A stretch of 35,896 nt of DNA from Octopus bimaculoides (GCF_001194135.2 NC_068994.1:23201893-23237788), one strand, 5' to 3'; positions 11,286 through 23,167 are shown, numbered from the stretch's first letter. Made by a program: numbers and translations. The notes: generated by a model from the sequence alone, not told the origin.

Positions 11286-12750
11286 GAAATTGAAGAAGAA
11301 ATGAAAAATTCTGTAAATACGTTAACTGATATATCAACTTTCTAATTTGAAAAACTGAACTCATGAGTTTGGGTTGCACCACTTTCTTGCAACAGAGCGA
11401 AATATTTCACCATTTATAACCTATCACTTTATAAAATGAAGGACACTTTAAATACTCTATGGATAATATACAAAACTGATTATGTCTATTCGATCAAGCG
11501 CTGGAAACAGTAAAATGAAGTACAACAGTTCGTAGCGAAAATGATGGGAAATAAAAAAGTGTATTAGTTAATGTCCCTTGATAATCAAATGTGCTACAAT
11601 CGAAAATATATGCACCAGATACTGCGCTTTCAAACGAATGCGAAAAATTCTGTCGATTCTTTTGAATAACTTAGCGGACAATGCTGATGTTAATACTAGC
11701 CGGAACACTGACCAATTTTTAGTAGTACAAGTATTTTATTTAACGTGATGTAAATTATAGATTTAAAAATAACTTGAAATGATCTCCACTGAAGAGACCG
11801 GAAAATATTTGAATATGCGTTATAGCGTGATTTATGGTTACCATAATTCCACTACATGAACATTATTGAAACTGAATTCTATTCTAAAGCAAAACTATGG
11901 ATGTTCATCCATAAAATAGAAAATGAATAAAACTGAAAACCTCCCTCTTAAAAAATAAGTCGACAACAAATGGATATATAAAATGCTGATAAGGTTGATT
12001 GCATCAGAAATACCAAATTCTATTCTCGAAGCAAAGCATGTAATACATTAAAAGACTGAAATAGATTGCTCATGTCACCCTAACATAAAACAATCACTGC
12101 AACATGATTTTAATAAACTAGTGAGTGGAAAAATTGCAATTTATTCTCAATATTGCTAGAAAACAAACTATTTATAAAGTAATGCTTCGTTGGTTCTCTA
12201 AAATGACAAACATTAGGGTTTACAGATTAATATCTTGTTTGCCTTAGGTTGTATTGCTCGGCGAAAATTATAAATGCAAAAGGTACCACTTCTCCTTTAA
12301 CGAAGATAAGATCACGGTGAAATGATAAGAACTATATTGAAAAGATATATGCGATAAATTAAAGAAAATTGCGAGCAAACACAAATAGCGAAAAATCTGC
12401 TATCATAAACTCTGTTGTTGAGGAATGCCTTATATAAATGTATTTCTATGATTTACTGAGCATTTCCTGCGAAGCCGAATATTTATAGACTTTTCTCGTA
12501 TGAAATAGAAATATGAAAAATGTAATTAGAAATGAATAATGGCAAAAAATGGATAGGGGAGGGGAGGGTGGTGAACAAGTTCGGTGAGTCAAATTTGAAA
12601 CCATATAAAGCTTGAAGAAGCATTTATAGAGCCTGGCTGTTGATATCACAAGCCGTGGTCAACAAAATACAATACAAAACGCTATATCATTAGTTTACAA
12701 CTCCATTCTATAGCTAAATGAAATTATTATATCCTAGTTAAGTGAAAATA

Positions 12751-13000
12751 TTGGATTGTCAAATAAATTCGTTCGTTTTTTTCTTTTTGTCAACGATTTT
12801 AACATAGTCAAAAATATATTCTCCTTCATTGTTCACTTCTTCCTAACGTTCCACTAACTTGTCTATTCCTTCACTAGAAATTACTAGGTATTGACTCGAA
12901 GAATTCATCTTGAAACGTTTTCAGTTCCTCGTCATTGTTGCACGAAATGCCTCGCGGACTGTTCGAGAGTGACCGAAAAAAGATACTATTTGGCAATATT
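12751..13000 (-). mobile_element. mariner (DD34D-type) transposon 3' end with terminal inverted repeat
   Basis: Minus strand SIFFRSLSNSPRGISCNNDEELKTFQDEFFESIPSNF...GTLGRSEQ resembles YHLFRSLQN.L.G..F...EE....L.EFF.SKP.DFY..GI..L.ERW. Ends aaaaacgaacgaatttatttgacaatccaa|TA (mariner-like TIR; TA at 12749-12750). Confidence 0.82.
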
Positions 13001-13209
13001 GGTTTCAAGTTTTGGCACAAGGCCAGCAGTTTCGGAGGTAAGTCGATTAGCCAGACCCCAGTGATCAACTGGTACTTATTTTATCGACCCCGAAAGGATG
13101 GAAGGCAAAGTCGACCTCGGCGAAATTTGAACTCAGAACATAAAGACGGACGAAATGCCACTAAATGTTTTGCCAGTCGTGCTAAAGATTCTGCTAGCTC
13201 GCCGTCTAG
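13001..13209 (-). mobile_element. tRNA-derived SINE, family A, full length
   Basis: Reverse complement: ggcgagctagcagaatctttagcacgactggcaaaacatttagtggcatttcgtccgtctttatgttctgagttcaaatttcgccgaggtcgactttgccttccatcctttcggggtcgataaaataagtaccag...ttgtgccaaaacttgaaacc. Flanked by imperfect 15-bp direct repeats (12986-13000 / 13210-13224). Confidence 0.92.
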
Positions 13210-13919
13210 CTATTTGATACTATTGACTTCAGATAATTGCCACTGGTGAATAATAATGCTATATTTTGTTATATCCAACTAATACTCTCAGAGGTCATTT
13301 GGTGACAGCATTATTATGCACCAGTGAGAGTTCTTCACAAGAGAGTTAAAATCCAAGAGTTTTACAGGCTTGCCAAGACGTTCTAGAATATTCTATAAGG
13401 TCTTTAGGCGCGAAAATTTAACATTTCCTTTTTGTTTTGGATTTCAACTCTCTCGAGGAACCTCTCTTATTGTAGTTGGACACCATGCATCTTTTGACCG
13501 CTAGTAATAATGAAATAATTTTTATTCTTCTCTAAGAGAGAAATTCAATTACGTTCTAATGCATATGAGTCACTTCCTCGCTTATCTTCTGACAGAACCA
13601 TTATTTCTTGACTCACACAAGTAACATGCATATAACACTTTGTACACTATGCCTATTAAAACTATTTAGTGTTACTAATATACATTATTGAAAATATTCT
13701 CTTATTAATTATTCAGTATGCTAAACATAACACAACTGCACTTTTAATACCGAATGGCGTATTTGTGAAACTGGATCTTCTTTGCGTAAGAGAATCCAAA
13801 AGTTATTGAATTTAATGTATTGAACAATTTTGCCGTTCAAGTTCCACTACTTTCTGTTGAAGAATCTAAAACCAAAACCATTTTTTTAATCAGGGTATTA
13901 TAAGTTACAGTTGGATATA

Positions 13920-14740
13920 CAGGGCGTGAAAGGTATTCAGGGACATATTCGTTAATTTAATAAAATAACACTGATTTAGCAAAAATCAAATGGACTTTAA
14001 TGAAATTTGTGCAGATGTTTTCAATAGGCTTTCTTATAAGATTCAGCTTTGATGACTGCTTTAATGCGGGACCGGAATCGTCGGCATACATGCACTAAAT
14101 GGTCTTTATTCATTTCGGACATCGCCTGGACAATGAGGATCTTCAGTGAAGCTATGGTATTATTAGAATGTTGGTTAATCTTCATTTCGACAACGCTCCT
14201 AACGTAGTAGTCCATGGGATTTAAATCTAATGAGTTTGGAGTCCACACGTCTGACGTTACATGATCATAAAGGTTGTATGACGTCAATTCTTGGGTAACG
14301 TGGACTTTGTGAGGTGCTGAGTCTTGTGAGGTGGTGAGTCTTGTTGAAACATGTATGGACTTGTACTATGTACTTCATCAATCCAGGATTAACAACTGTC
14401 TCCAGCACAGCAGTGTATCCAGCAGCATTAATTTTAAGTCGCTGTGGAAAAATGTGATTTTCATTACACCAAAATAAGTTTCCAATTGCTGGAACTTAGT
14501 GTGCAGCACTCCGGGGACATGAAAAGGATCTGCACATAACCATCTGTCAATTCTCCTGTTTGTTCTTGGTCGAAGTTTTTCTCATCAGAGAAGAACCAAA
14601 CCATGCCATGCTTGTTAGGGTTTTTAAGCTTGTTTAAGTAACCGTTTTGCACAGATCAAATGGTTTTCCTATGTCTTTGTAGTATCAAATGTCTTCATGC
14701 ACCACAGTTCCGAGAGTCTATTCTGACACGTGTTTTCTTT
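13920..14740 (-). mobile_element. Tc1/mariner superfamily transposon, DD37D (maT-type), 5'-truncated, inactive
   Basis: HVSE*TLGTVVHEDI...KRLLNKLKNPNKHGMVWFFSDEKNFDQ...YMFQQDS...WTPNSLDLNPMDYYVRSVVE...RFRSRIKAVIKAE. Terminus TA|cagggcgtg at 13918-13928 on + strand, typical TA|CAGGG end. Confidence 0.92.
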
Positions 14741-14949
14741 CTTTGGAGTTGAGCCGTCTCCTTTCGTAGCGCTAAGTTGTTCTTTTCGTTATTCCTTTGT
14801 CAATTCTATCTCTGTTTTTTTATCCATTCGTTTAAGTGCAAATGTTTGCGCTCAAAACTGTTTCGCTCGTGTTCTTTTGTTTTGCATATTTATTACTTTG
14901 ACATTTTTGACTTGCTTCTCTTTTCGCTGCTCCAGAGGTTCCATATTAA

Positions 14950-15540
14950 ATCACTAGTAAGCAGTATAAAATACGGAAAATTTTCAAAGACAAACTGTAT
15001 TTTTCTACTTTAAGGTAATAAAATTGATATACTAATGGTTCAAAAGTCCTTTGACAAACGGAGAGCGACTGGGAGACTCGGATGATGATGGGTACAAGTA
15101 TCTTGAGATCCTGGAACTGAACAATATCATGCACAGAGAAATTAAAGACAAGGTCACTATTACATATTTGAAGCGCCTCAAAATTCTCTTGAAGTCAAAA
15201 CTCAATCCAAGGAACCTTGTAACTGCCATCAACACATGGGCTGTTGCTGTAGTCCGCTATAGTGCACCCATTCTCAAATGGATACGAGCGGAGATTGACC
15301 AACTCGATCGTACTACCCAAAAGACGATGACAATGCACGGTGCTCTCCACCATATAGCGAACGTACACGAGGGAATATAAGAAATGAAGACATAACCAAA
15401 CTGTGAAAGTTTTACACTGGAAGCTAAGTAAATAAGAACTTTTCGTAAGATTAACCAATATAACTATGTGTGGTGAAGATAGAATAACCGAGAAGACATT
15501 ACACCGAGGAAAGCGTTATAAAATTCTGTGGAACCTGATA
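14950..15540 (+). mobile_element. R4/Dong-clade retrotransposon fragment (RT thumb region plus pre-endonuclease region), internally deleted
   Basis: GYKYLEILELNNIMHREIKDKVTITYLKRLKILLKSKLNPRNLVTAINTWAVAVVRYSAPILKW.RAEIDQLDRTTQKTMTMHGALH matches the R4/Dong YKYLG..KSKLN..N...AINTWA...RYS..LDRKTRK.MT.HGALH region. Then YKK*RHNQTVKVLHWKLSK...RYKILWN matches YK.RHD.V...HW.L......KILWD. Confidence 0.88.
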
Positions 15541-15879
15541 GCTCTTCTTTTAGTTAGATTTACCCGCCTTTTTATATACAGTCGGCAAAAAGTTCCAGAA
15601 TATTCTGTAAACCATTTGGTAGGAGGATTTCTTCCCACTAATGTATCTGGTTGGCTGCGTCTCAATCGCGTGAGCTGAATGCCTTTTATGGTTGCCAAAG
15701 TCTGAAGCTGAGAAATATGAATGTGATACTTCAAAACACGATGCTATCTCGTTACATGTCGAAATGCAACTTCAGTAGTCCTTGTTCCAGCTGAATCCGG
15801 GCTTCAGGAGAAGACCAGAAATTTTGTTATGAAAATTAAGAAGTGGGTCAGTCAAACGGATATTTGCCACACACAAATA

Positions 15880-15961
15880 CATCAACCCCCACAACACACA
15901 CACACACAAAACGAATACACACACCACATACTCACACATACATATTGAGAAGAGAGAAAGG

Positions 15962-16030
<69 letters not shown>

Positions 16031-16031
16031 G
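15880..16031. repeat. (CA)n and (GA)n simple repeats
   Basis: Direct. Confidence 0.92.
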
Positions 16032-17205
16032 TGGGAGAAGTTAGATACAAACATGTCACATCACTGAACTTGTCTAGGCTGGACTTAAAATGTAAAAAAG
16101 AAAAAAAAACGAGTAAAAACTAATTATGACAAAGCGTTTAAGTGGAATGTCTAACAGTAAAGCAAAGTGATATATCAGGAAATTATAGTATAATGTCTGT
16201 GAAGATTAAAAAGCATAGGTAAAAGCATTGTAACTGTAGCTCAAATTGTTTTTCCACTTTGATAAACATAGTACACATTTTAGTTACCAAAACGTTTTTT
16301 GTTTATTATTATATAAATAATAGAATATAAGTAGTGAAAGTAATCAAGATATTTCATGAAGTTCTAGATATTGTGGTCTGTACACTGAATTCAGATATAA
16401 AACCACATTGAACGAATCGTTAAACACTGTTTGTTAACTTAAGTAGATGGCTTCCGACATGTTTTGGAGTGATATATATTTATCAAATAGTTTACAAGCA
16501 TTCAACTAAAAGGAAACTGTTGGTTTTTAAAAATAGAAAGGTAAACCAAAATAAGGAAAACAATTGTAAAGAAATAAGATACAAAACCAACTGGCCCCTC
16601 TCCCTCAACAATAAAGCAGCAATACATACAATGCAACAGAGAACGAAGCACATGCAGAAAAGATCACACGAGCAGCTGTGACAGAATATTTTCGTCATTT
16701 TCTGAGAAGTATACTCATATTATTTTATTTTTCTGTTGTACCAGAGTACCTTTGAATAATAGAATTAATCTCCGTAAAAGTTATTTTTCTTTCCTTAGTT
16801 TGTGTTGTATTACAACAAAGCCGAATAATAATACACAAATGACATATTTAGTGTAGTATACAGATATTGCGATATGTTCACGTAAATATATATAGAACAG
16901 CAGCTTCAAAATACCAATACTATCTAGCTTATCTTTTGATGTTGTTGCTTTAATTCCACAGTATCATGTTACAGGATGAAAACGTTTTCTTCTTGCAAAC
17001 TATTCTATCGCATTGCATCAATTTGGGAATATATTCTTTAAATTTTTTCAAATAACCAATGTTTTTGTTTTCTCTATTCGCTTTCATCTTCTTCCTCCTT
17101 TTTACCAACTTCATCAACATTACACAGTTTCTGTACAACGAGGAAGATAACACCTCATAATTTTATATCTATTTCTACCGCAACTGCCAATGCACACCTG
17201 CAATT

Positions 17206-17207
<2 letters not shown>

Positions 17208-17241
<34 letters not shown>
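17208..17241. repeat. (ATC)n microsatellite
   Basis: Direct. Confidence 0.92.
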
Positions 17242-19199
17242 AAAATTTCATTAGTATCAAACAATCATTTTCACTAGTATCTCCATAACGGTGACGGTTA
17301 CAACTACTATTCCTTGTCAATATCAATGATACACAAGTTTATAACACCACCACAGTCTACTCTAACATCACCTCGATCACCCATATCACTAACACACCAC
17401 CATCTTTACAAAAGATATTTTTATTTACTATAAAGCATACTTTCAAAAGAATTCTAATTACCACCTCCCAAAGGACTATATTTCCTGAAATGGACTTACA
17501 AAACTGGGCTGGGCGAAACGCAACGAGATTGTGTTATAGAATCGTCTTCACAAATAGATTTTGGTGGTAGGCACGGATCTTCAGGATGTAATCATTGATC
17601 ATTGGCACTTGTCATGACACTTGCAAACATGCAGGCAGTCACATATATGTGCACACATACACATATGGGTGTAAAAGTGAGTTTGGCCGAATAGGTAAGT
17701 CATTGAACTTTATGCAGCAGTTGTGTTATGGTTTTGAAACTGTTTCATTGCGTCTCTGAATAGAAAACCTTAATTCAGATTGACTCAGGTCACCCTAGAA
17801 GATAGCAATAGGTACCCTATCATGTGGGAATAATCAGCCTCAGACCAGTGTACATTAAATGTCAGTCTTTCTTGCCGTTTATTGGATCCCGATGCTGGTA
17901 TGGTTTGATCTTTAGTTTTTATGCTACATTCTGTTCCATATTAAACTCTTTAGGAAAATGTGTGCACAATTGAGTGGATATCTTCCTCCGCTAGGAAAAA
18001 TAACACGTGCACGCACATACATTCACACACACAATAACAGATACGCATACAAATACATACACGTTATTGGTCGAAATCAACAGGGAACCAGAAATCTATT
18101 GCAAGTAATATGCCCGAAATATCTGATGCGTGTTCCCTTTCAGACTGTCGGGTGTCTAGGATAAGTTTCAGGGGCAACTTCTTTTGCTTTTAATGAACTC
18201 TACTTTGATTTCCCTCGTCACAAAATTCAGAATCCTCGCTTTTCTTTAATACTAAGTTCAAAACCAATTTCTCCAATGGAGCGACAGCTCTCTATTCACT
18301 GTTTCTGAAAGCTTTTGAAAATGCCTCTATCCACGGTCATTTAATTTGTAATTTGGTCAATTTGTCGAGAAAAAGTTTTTAACATAAATATTGACTTCAT
18401 TTGACATGACACATAGCTCATACTTTAAGAAAAGAAACAGAACTTCAAAGTTTTCATTATTTTGCAAGATTAATCCTGATGTATCTATAAAGAGAATAAC
18501 TTTCTTTGAGTGATTAGGAGAATTGTTAAGAGCTTATTTTTCTTAAGTCAAATTAAGTCAGTTAATTTGACGGAACGAAATAGTTTGTTGAACTTATGTC
18601 AATATAAGCCAGGTTTTATCAATCGCTCCAGCCCAACGAGGTATCTGGTTTCAACATGGAAGTGCTTTTCAGAACCTACTATAATCTCCCTTTCTCTACA
18701 CGTAGGGAGATGCTCTCAATCCCAGCATCTCAAAAGCAATCGGAATAGTTGTTAACAATTGTGTCTTTCATTAACTTAAACCTGTTTACCTCCTCAACTA
18801 GAACTTAGGCTTCCATCTGTAGAGAGTCAAATCGTATAGAAACTTGTTTTCCGGTGAGCCTTGGTCGGTTACGTCGGCAGAAGAATGTTATTTACGGGAG
18901 TACATGTAATCGTCGTAGTAATAAAACAGACAAAAGACGAAAAAATAGCGAATGTATACGAGCTAGTATGTGAAGCACGCTGAATGATTTAATGTTTATC
19001 AGTCTGTCGAACGACATTCATTTGGAGATGTATGTTGCAACAATAGCAGAGTCCATAGATGTGAGCAGTATTCCGATGTAGGTGTTTCTTGAATTTAATT
19101 GAGGCTCAGTAAGCAAACTATTCATTTATGGAAAATCACAATGGGAGAATAGAGAAAAGTAGAATGAAGAGGATAAAGAAAAAAACAAATAAAAAGGAC

Positions 19200-19251
19200 G
19201 TATGTGTGTATGCGTGTGTGCACGCACGCACGCGCGCGAGAGAAGAGAGAA

Positions 19252-19300
<49 letters not shown>

Positions 19301-19330
19301 AAGAGAGAAAGAGAGAAAGAGAGAGAGAAT
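19200..19330. repeat. (TG)/(CG)/(GA)n simple repeats
   Basis: Direct. Confidence 0.9.
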
Positions 19331-19740
19331 GAAAATATAACATTTTTGTTAGATTGTTGTATAAATTCCAGACCAATTTTATTATGATGTCATGACGCAA
19401 ACCATTATTGCTTTGTCAACTGACGCATCTGTCTTCATGTTCTTCACTTGTCTCACACATTCCTTTCTTGTTCGTTACAGAAGTAACGATGGAAATGAAT
19501 TCTAGGCAATACAATGCATGAGATGAACAGGGTGTAAATGTGGTGTCCTTGAGTGATCGGTGAAAACAAGCAAAGAGTATGCGATGAAAGAAAAGTGAAA
19601 GCTTAACTGATCGATAAATTTAGATTATGTTTAACTTCGTATGTCATGAGATAGATCGAGGTCGAAGAGAGAAAGACAATTTGTGAATAACAGCAAAGAA
19701 ATGTATAAAGGAATTTGAACGTTGAGGCTGTTTAGTTACC

Positions 19741-19888
19741 GGCCAACGCTGATTAAGAAGACCTACAATCTAAGCCACTCCAGTCATGACCTTCTTGTGC
19801 AACTAAGACTACATCGTCATTCCATTTTCAGACAATATAGTATGATTTAAGGGAACTTGGTTGTTATTACTTGCAGGTCGAGTAACGG
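19741..19888 (+). repeat. Old interspersed repeat, copy 3
   Basis: cactccagtcatgacc...ttttcagacaatatagtatgatttaagggaacttggttgttattacttgcaggtcgag aligns loosely to the 2700-2865, 4195-4290 and rc(24065-24215) copies. Confidence 0.5.
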
Positions 19889-20274
19889 TATTCATACAAA
19901 CACAATATTAAATTCCACCCTAATAATCATCATTTACTTTTTATTTAATTATAAGACAAAATTTCAGCGTGGTAGTTTGCTCCGGTAGATATAACAGCCA
20001 AATCTCCTTCAAACTGCACCGTATCGACTTATTCAAGGAAATTACTAATTAGAAAATGTAGTCTTACTGAAACAAGTAAACGATAAAAAATAAAAGATAA
20101 AACCTGAAACGTACGTTCAAATGATTTCAAACTATCACTATTTGGTATGATATCATTATTACAATTAATACGACTCGATGCCAGTACAAACTTGTCGGTC
20201 TTGACTCCGAGTCGAAAATTCTGGTAGCGTGCACCGCTTCTTAGCATAACACGAAATATATATATATATATAAG

Positions 20275-21030
20275 TACAAAATGGGACAAGAACGCAAAAC
20301 ATCCAGATAGTTAGGTGATACAAGAAAATGACAACAAAACATCCAGATAGACGATACAAAGAAAACAAGGACGGGTCGTTCGGAGTTTTCTTTCTTCAGT
20401 CGAGTTCCAGATTATCTTTGCAATTTCGGCTGGTTATACTCGAGATTGCTCCAATCTGGCCAGCCCTAAGGAAAAACTAAGCTAAGAGCATTAGGAAGAA
20501 AGCAGCGAATGTATACGAAAACATCTGCCTCTACCTCTCTTTCTTCTCTCCCCACGTGACCAGTGTTCGGCCAAGCCTGACCTTTCTTTCTTGGTTCGGC
20601 CGTTGTCCGTGCAACATCTATATTCTTCCCTGTGCCTGTGAAATCTTGTATCCCTGCCGTAAGGCTTTACTTCCACACAGACCAGCTTAATTTAATTCAT
20701 CCTTAGTCAAAAGAAGCCTGTTGTTATGTCCTGTTATTTGTATTTGTGTAACTTTCTCCGTTTTTTCCGTCCTTGTTTTGGTTTACATTCGGTGCTTTCT
20801 TCCAAGAAATTTAATGCTCTTAGCATAGTTTTTCCTTAGGGCTGGCCAGATTGGAGCAATCTCGAGCATAACCAGCCTAAATTGCAAAGATAATCTAGAA
20901 CTCGACTGAGGAAAGAAAACTCCGAATGACCCGTCCTTGTTTTCTTTGTATCGTCTATCTGGATGTTTTGTTGTCTCTTTCTTGTATCACCTAACTGTCT
21001 GGATGTTTTGCGCTCTTGTCCCATTTTGTA
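20275..21030. mobile_element. 756-bp foldback element with ~250-bp inverted arms, embedded in (TA)n
   Basis: 20275-20523 is the reverse complement of 20774-21030 (about 13 substitutions plus an 8-bp indel); 250-bp spacer; (TA)n on both sides. Class unresolved (MITE/foldback versus Penelope-like inverted pseudo-LTR). Confidence 0.88.
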
Positions 21031-21363
21031 TATATATATATATATATATATATATGTAGCGGCGTACGTACACTTTGGTCTCATATATATANNNNNNNNN
21101 NNNNNNNNNNNNNNNNNNNNNNNNNNNNNNNNNNNNNNNNNNNNNNNNNNNNNNNNNNNNNNNNNNNNNNNNNNNNNNNNNNNNNNNNNNNNNNNNNNNN
21201 NNNNNNNNNNNNNNNNNNNNNNNNNNNNNNNNNNNNNNNNNNNNNNNNNNNNNNNNNNNNNNNNNNNNNNNNNNNNNNNNNNNNNNNNNNNNNNNNNNNN
21301 NNNNNNNNNNNNNNNNNNNNNNNNNNNNNNNNNNNNNNNNNNNNNNTATTGAGAGTTACATGC

Positions 21364-21464
21364 ATGGGTCAAAACAGTTCGATTCAAATTCAAAATGGCT
21401 GACGACTGACATCACGCTGGAAACTCAAGAGTACCAACGAATTTGAATCAAACTGTTTTGTTCC

Positions 21465-21466
<2 letters not shown>
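21364..21466. mobile_element. Small (~100 bp) element with ~22-28-bp terminal inverted repeats
   Basis: caaaacagttcgattcaaattc (21370-21391) versus gaatttgaatcaaactgttttg (21439-21460): 21/22 complementary. Confidence 0.55.
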
Positions 21467-21495
<29 letters not shown>

Positions 21496-21522
21496 TGTAT
21501 GTATGTATGTATGTATGTATGC
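21467..21522. repeat. (TATG)n microsatellite
   Basis: Direct. Confidence 0.95.
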
Positions 21523-21761
21523 ATGCATGGAAAATACTGCTGGACAGACATACGTCTGCTTGTCTTAGTTAGTTTTACATAGTCTTCTCTCTATAATATA
21601 TATTTACGTCATTGGTATCATTATTGCCGATTGGTAAAGACGCAATCTTGCTATCTCGGAGAAGAGACTTCAATCTGCCCTCATTTCACATTACTTCTAG
21701 GCGATCGGAAATCGATTCCATATTATCATTCTTCTCCGGGGTTAGCTTGAACCTGGTTTCA

Positions 21762-21762
21762 T

Positions 21763-21830
<68 letters not shown>
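21762..21830. repeat. (CTA)n microsatellite
   Basis: Direct. Confidence 0.97.
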
Positions 21831-22119
21831 GTTGTGATCAGAAATCAGTACGCCCAGTTCTATTCCAGTGTGTGGCATCAGCTTCAACTCGCACCGAGTT
21901 TTACACTTGAAGCTTTATCTCAACTTGCGTCACCCTGATTCAACCGGAGGATTACGTAACAAGTAATACGTATCTGTGGAATACGCGGCCACTTTTATGT
22001 AGTTCCATTGAGCTAATAGCTGAATACTCTTCGTTAACACCGACGGACATCCATTTACTTTAAAAAACAATGTGTTTACGTGTGGCAGTGTATATGCGTG
22101 TGTGCAAGTCTAAAGACTT

Positions 22120-22127
22120 ACACACAG

Positions 22128-22158
<31 letters not shown>

Positions 22159-22525
22159 CACACACACACACGCACACACACACATATGTATATATATGTA
22201 TGTATGTACGTATGTATGTATGTATGTATGTGTGTGTATGTGTATGTGTGCGTAGAAATTGTTTGCTCAGTCACAAGATATGTTGATCACATAAACATAC
22301 GCATTAATAGATGTTTATGTGACATCAGATGCTGTCAACTTGAACCAGTTTCACCGATGTGTATAGTAACGAATCTTAATGGAGATTGATAGAGAAATAC
22401 AATACCAAACACAGCGATAAAGAAGAGAAAAAAATTGACTATGAAGTGTGTATGTATATAGTCGTGCATTTATGTGCGCGTACGTGTGTGTGGGTATGTG
22501 TACGCGTGTATGTGTGTACAACTGT

Positions 22526-22562
<37 letters not shown>
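22120..22562. repeat. (CA)n, (TATG)n and (TG)n simple-repeat cluster
   Basis: Direct; two tracts separated by about 200 bp of unique sequence. Confidence 0.85.
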
Positions 22563-22568
<6 letters not shown>

Positions 22569-23049
22569 GAGGAAAAAAGCGAGTGAGAGAAAAAGTGAAC
22601 AAGAGGAGAAGGAAATTCTTTAAGCCAGCAAGACTTTTAAGAGCACAGCTAGTCAATATTGATCCGAAGATTGTGTTGACCAAAGCAGCTGAATGACTGC
22701 ACTTGTCCATCTGAAGTGGTCTTCCAAACAAAATGTGAAAAGCTAGAAAGACATTAGCAAAACAGAACTTGAATAAGGAAGTAAAGAAGAATGAAGTGAA
22801 GAGGAGAAATGATGTCTGCAGGGAAGAGGAGGATAAAGGTGTGCCATAAGGGTGAATGGATAGCAAGAAAAGATAAGTCTTTCTAAAAGGAAAAGCAAAG
22901 AGACAGAGCGGAGAGAAGGAAAATTACTTGGAAAATGTATTTAATTATGGGAATAGAGAATTAGAAGGGAATGAAACTATGTGAGTAAGATGTCGAGATT
23001 AACTCTCACCACGGTCATATAAAATACCTCCCACTACGTCACCACTACT

Positions 23050-23078
23050 CTGCAGCTGCCGCCGCTACGCCACTGCCG

Positions 23079-23167
<89 letters not shown>

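Noticed and set aside
11860-12130. Possible ~140-bp degenerate tandem duplication (attctattct..agcaaa twice) and an 8-bp hairpin tatggatg/catccata
   Set aside because: Similarity limited to about 20 bp in AT-rich sequence; compatible with chance.
15516-15734. Minus-strand stretch with acceptor-like site and two open frames
   Set aside because: Neither translation resembles a known domain and no compatible neighbouring exon was found.
21612-21938. 108-aa ORF with poly-Thr (mucin-like)
   Set aside because: Poly-T is the (CTA)n microsatellite; non-ATG start; flanks have no recognisable domain.
22561-22900. Purine-rich, Lys/Arg/Glu-coding stretch; faint RTE-like GKRR motif
   Set aside because: Stops in all frames and too little motif match to call either an exon or a LINE remnant.
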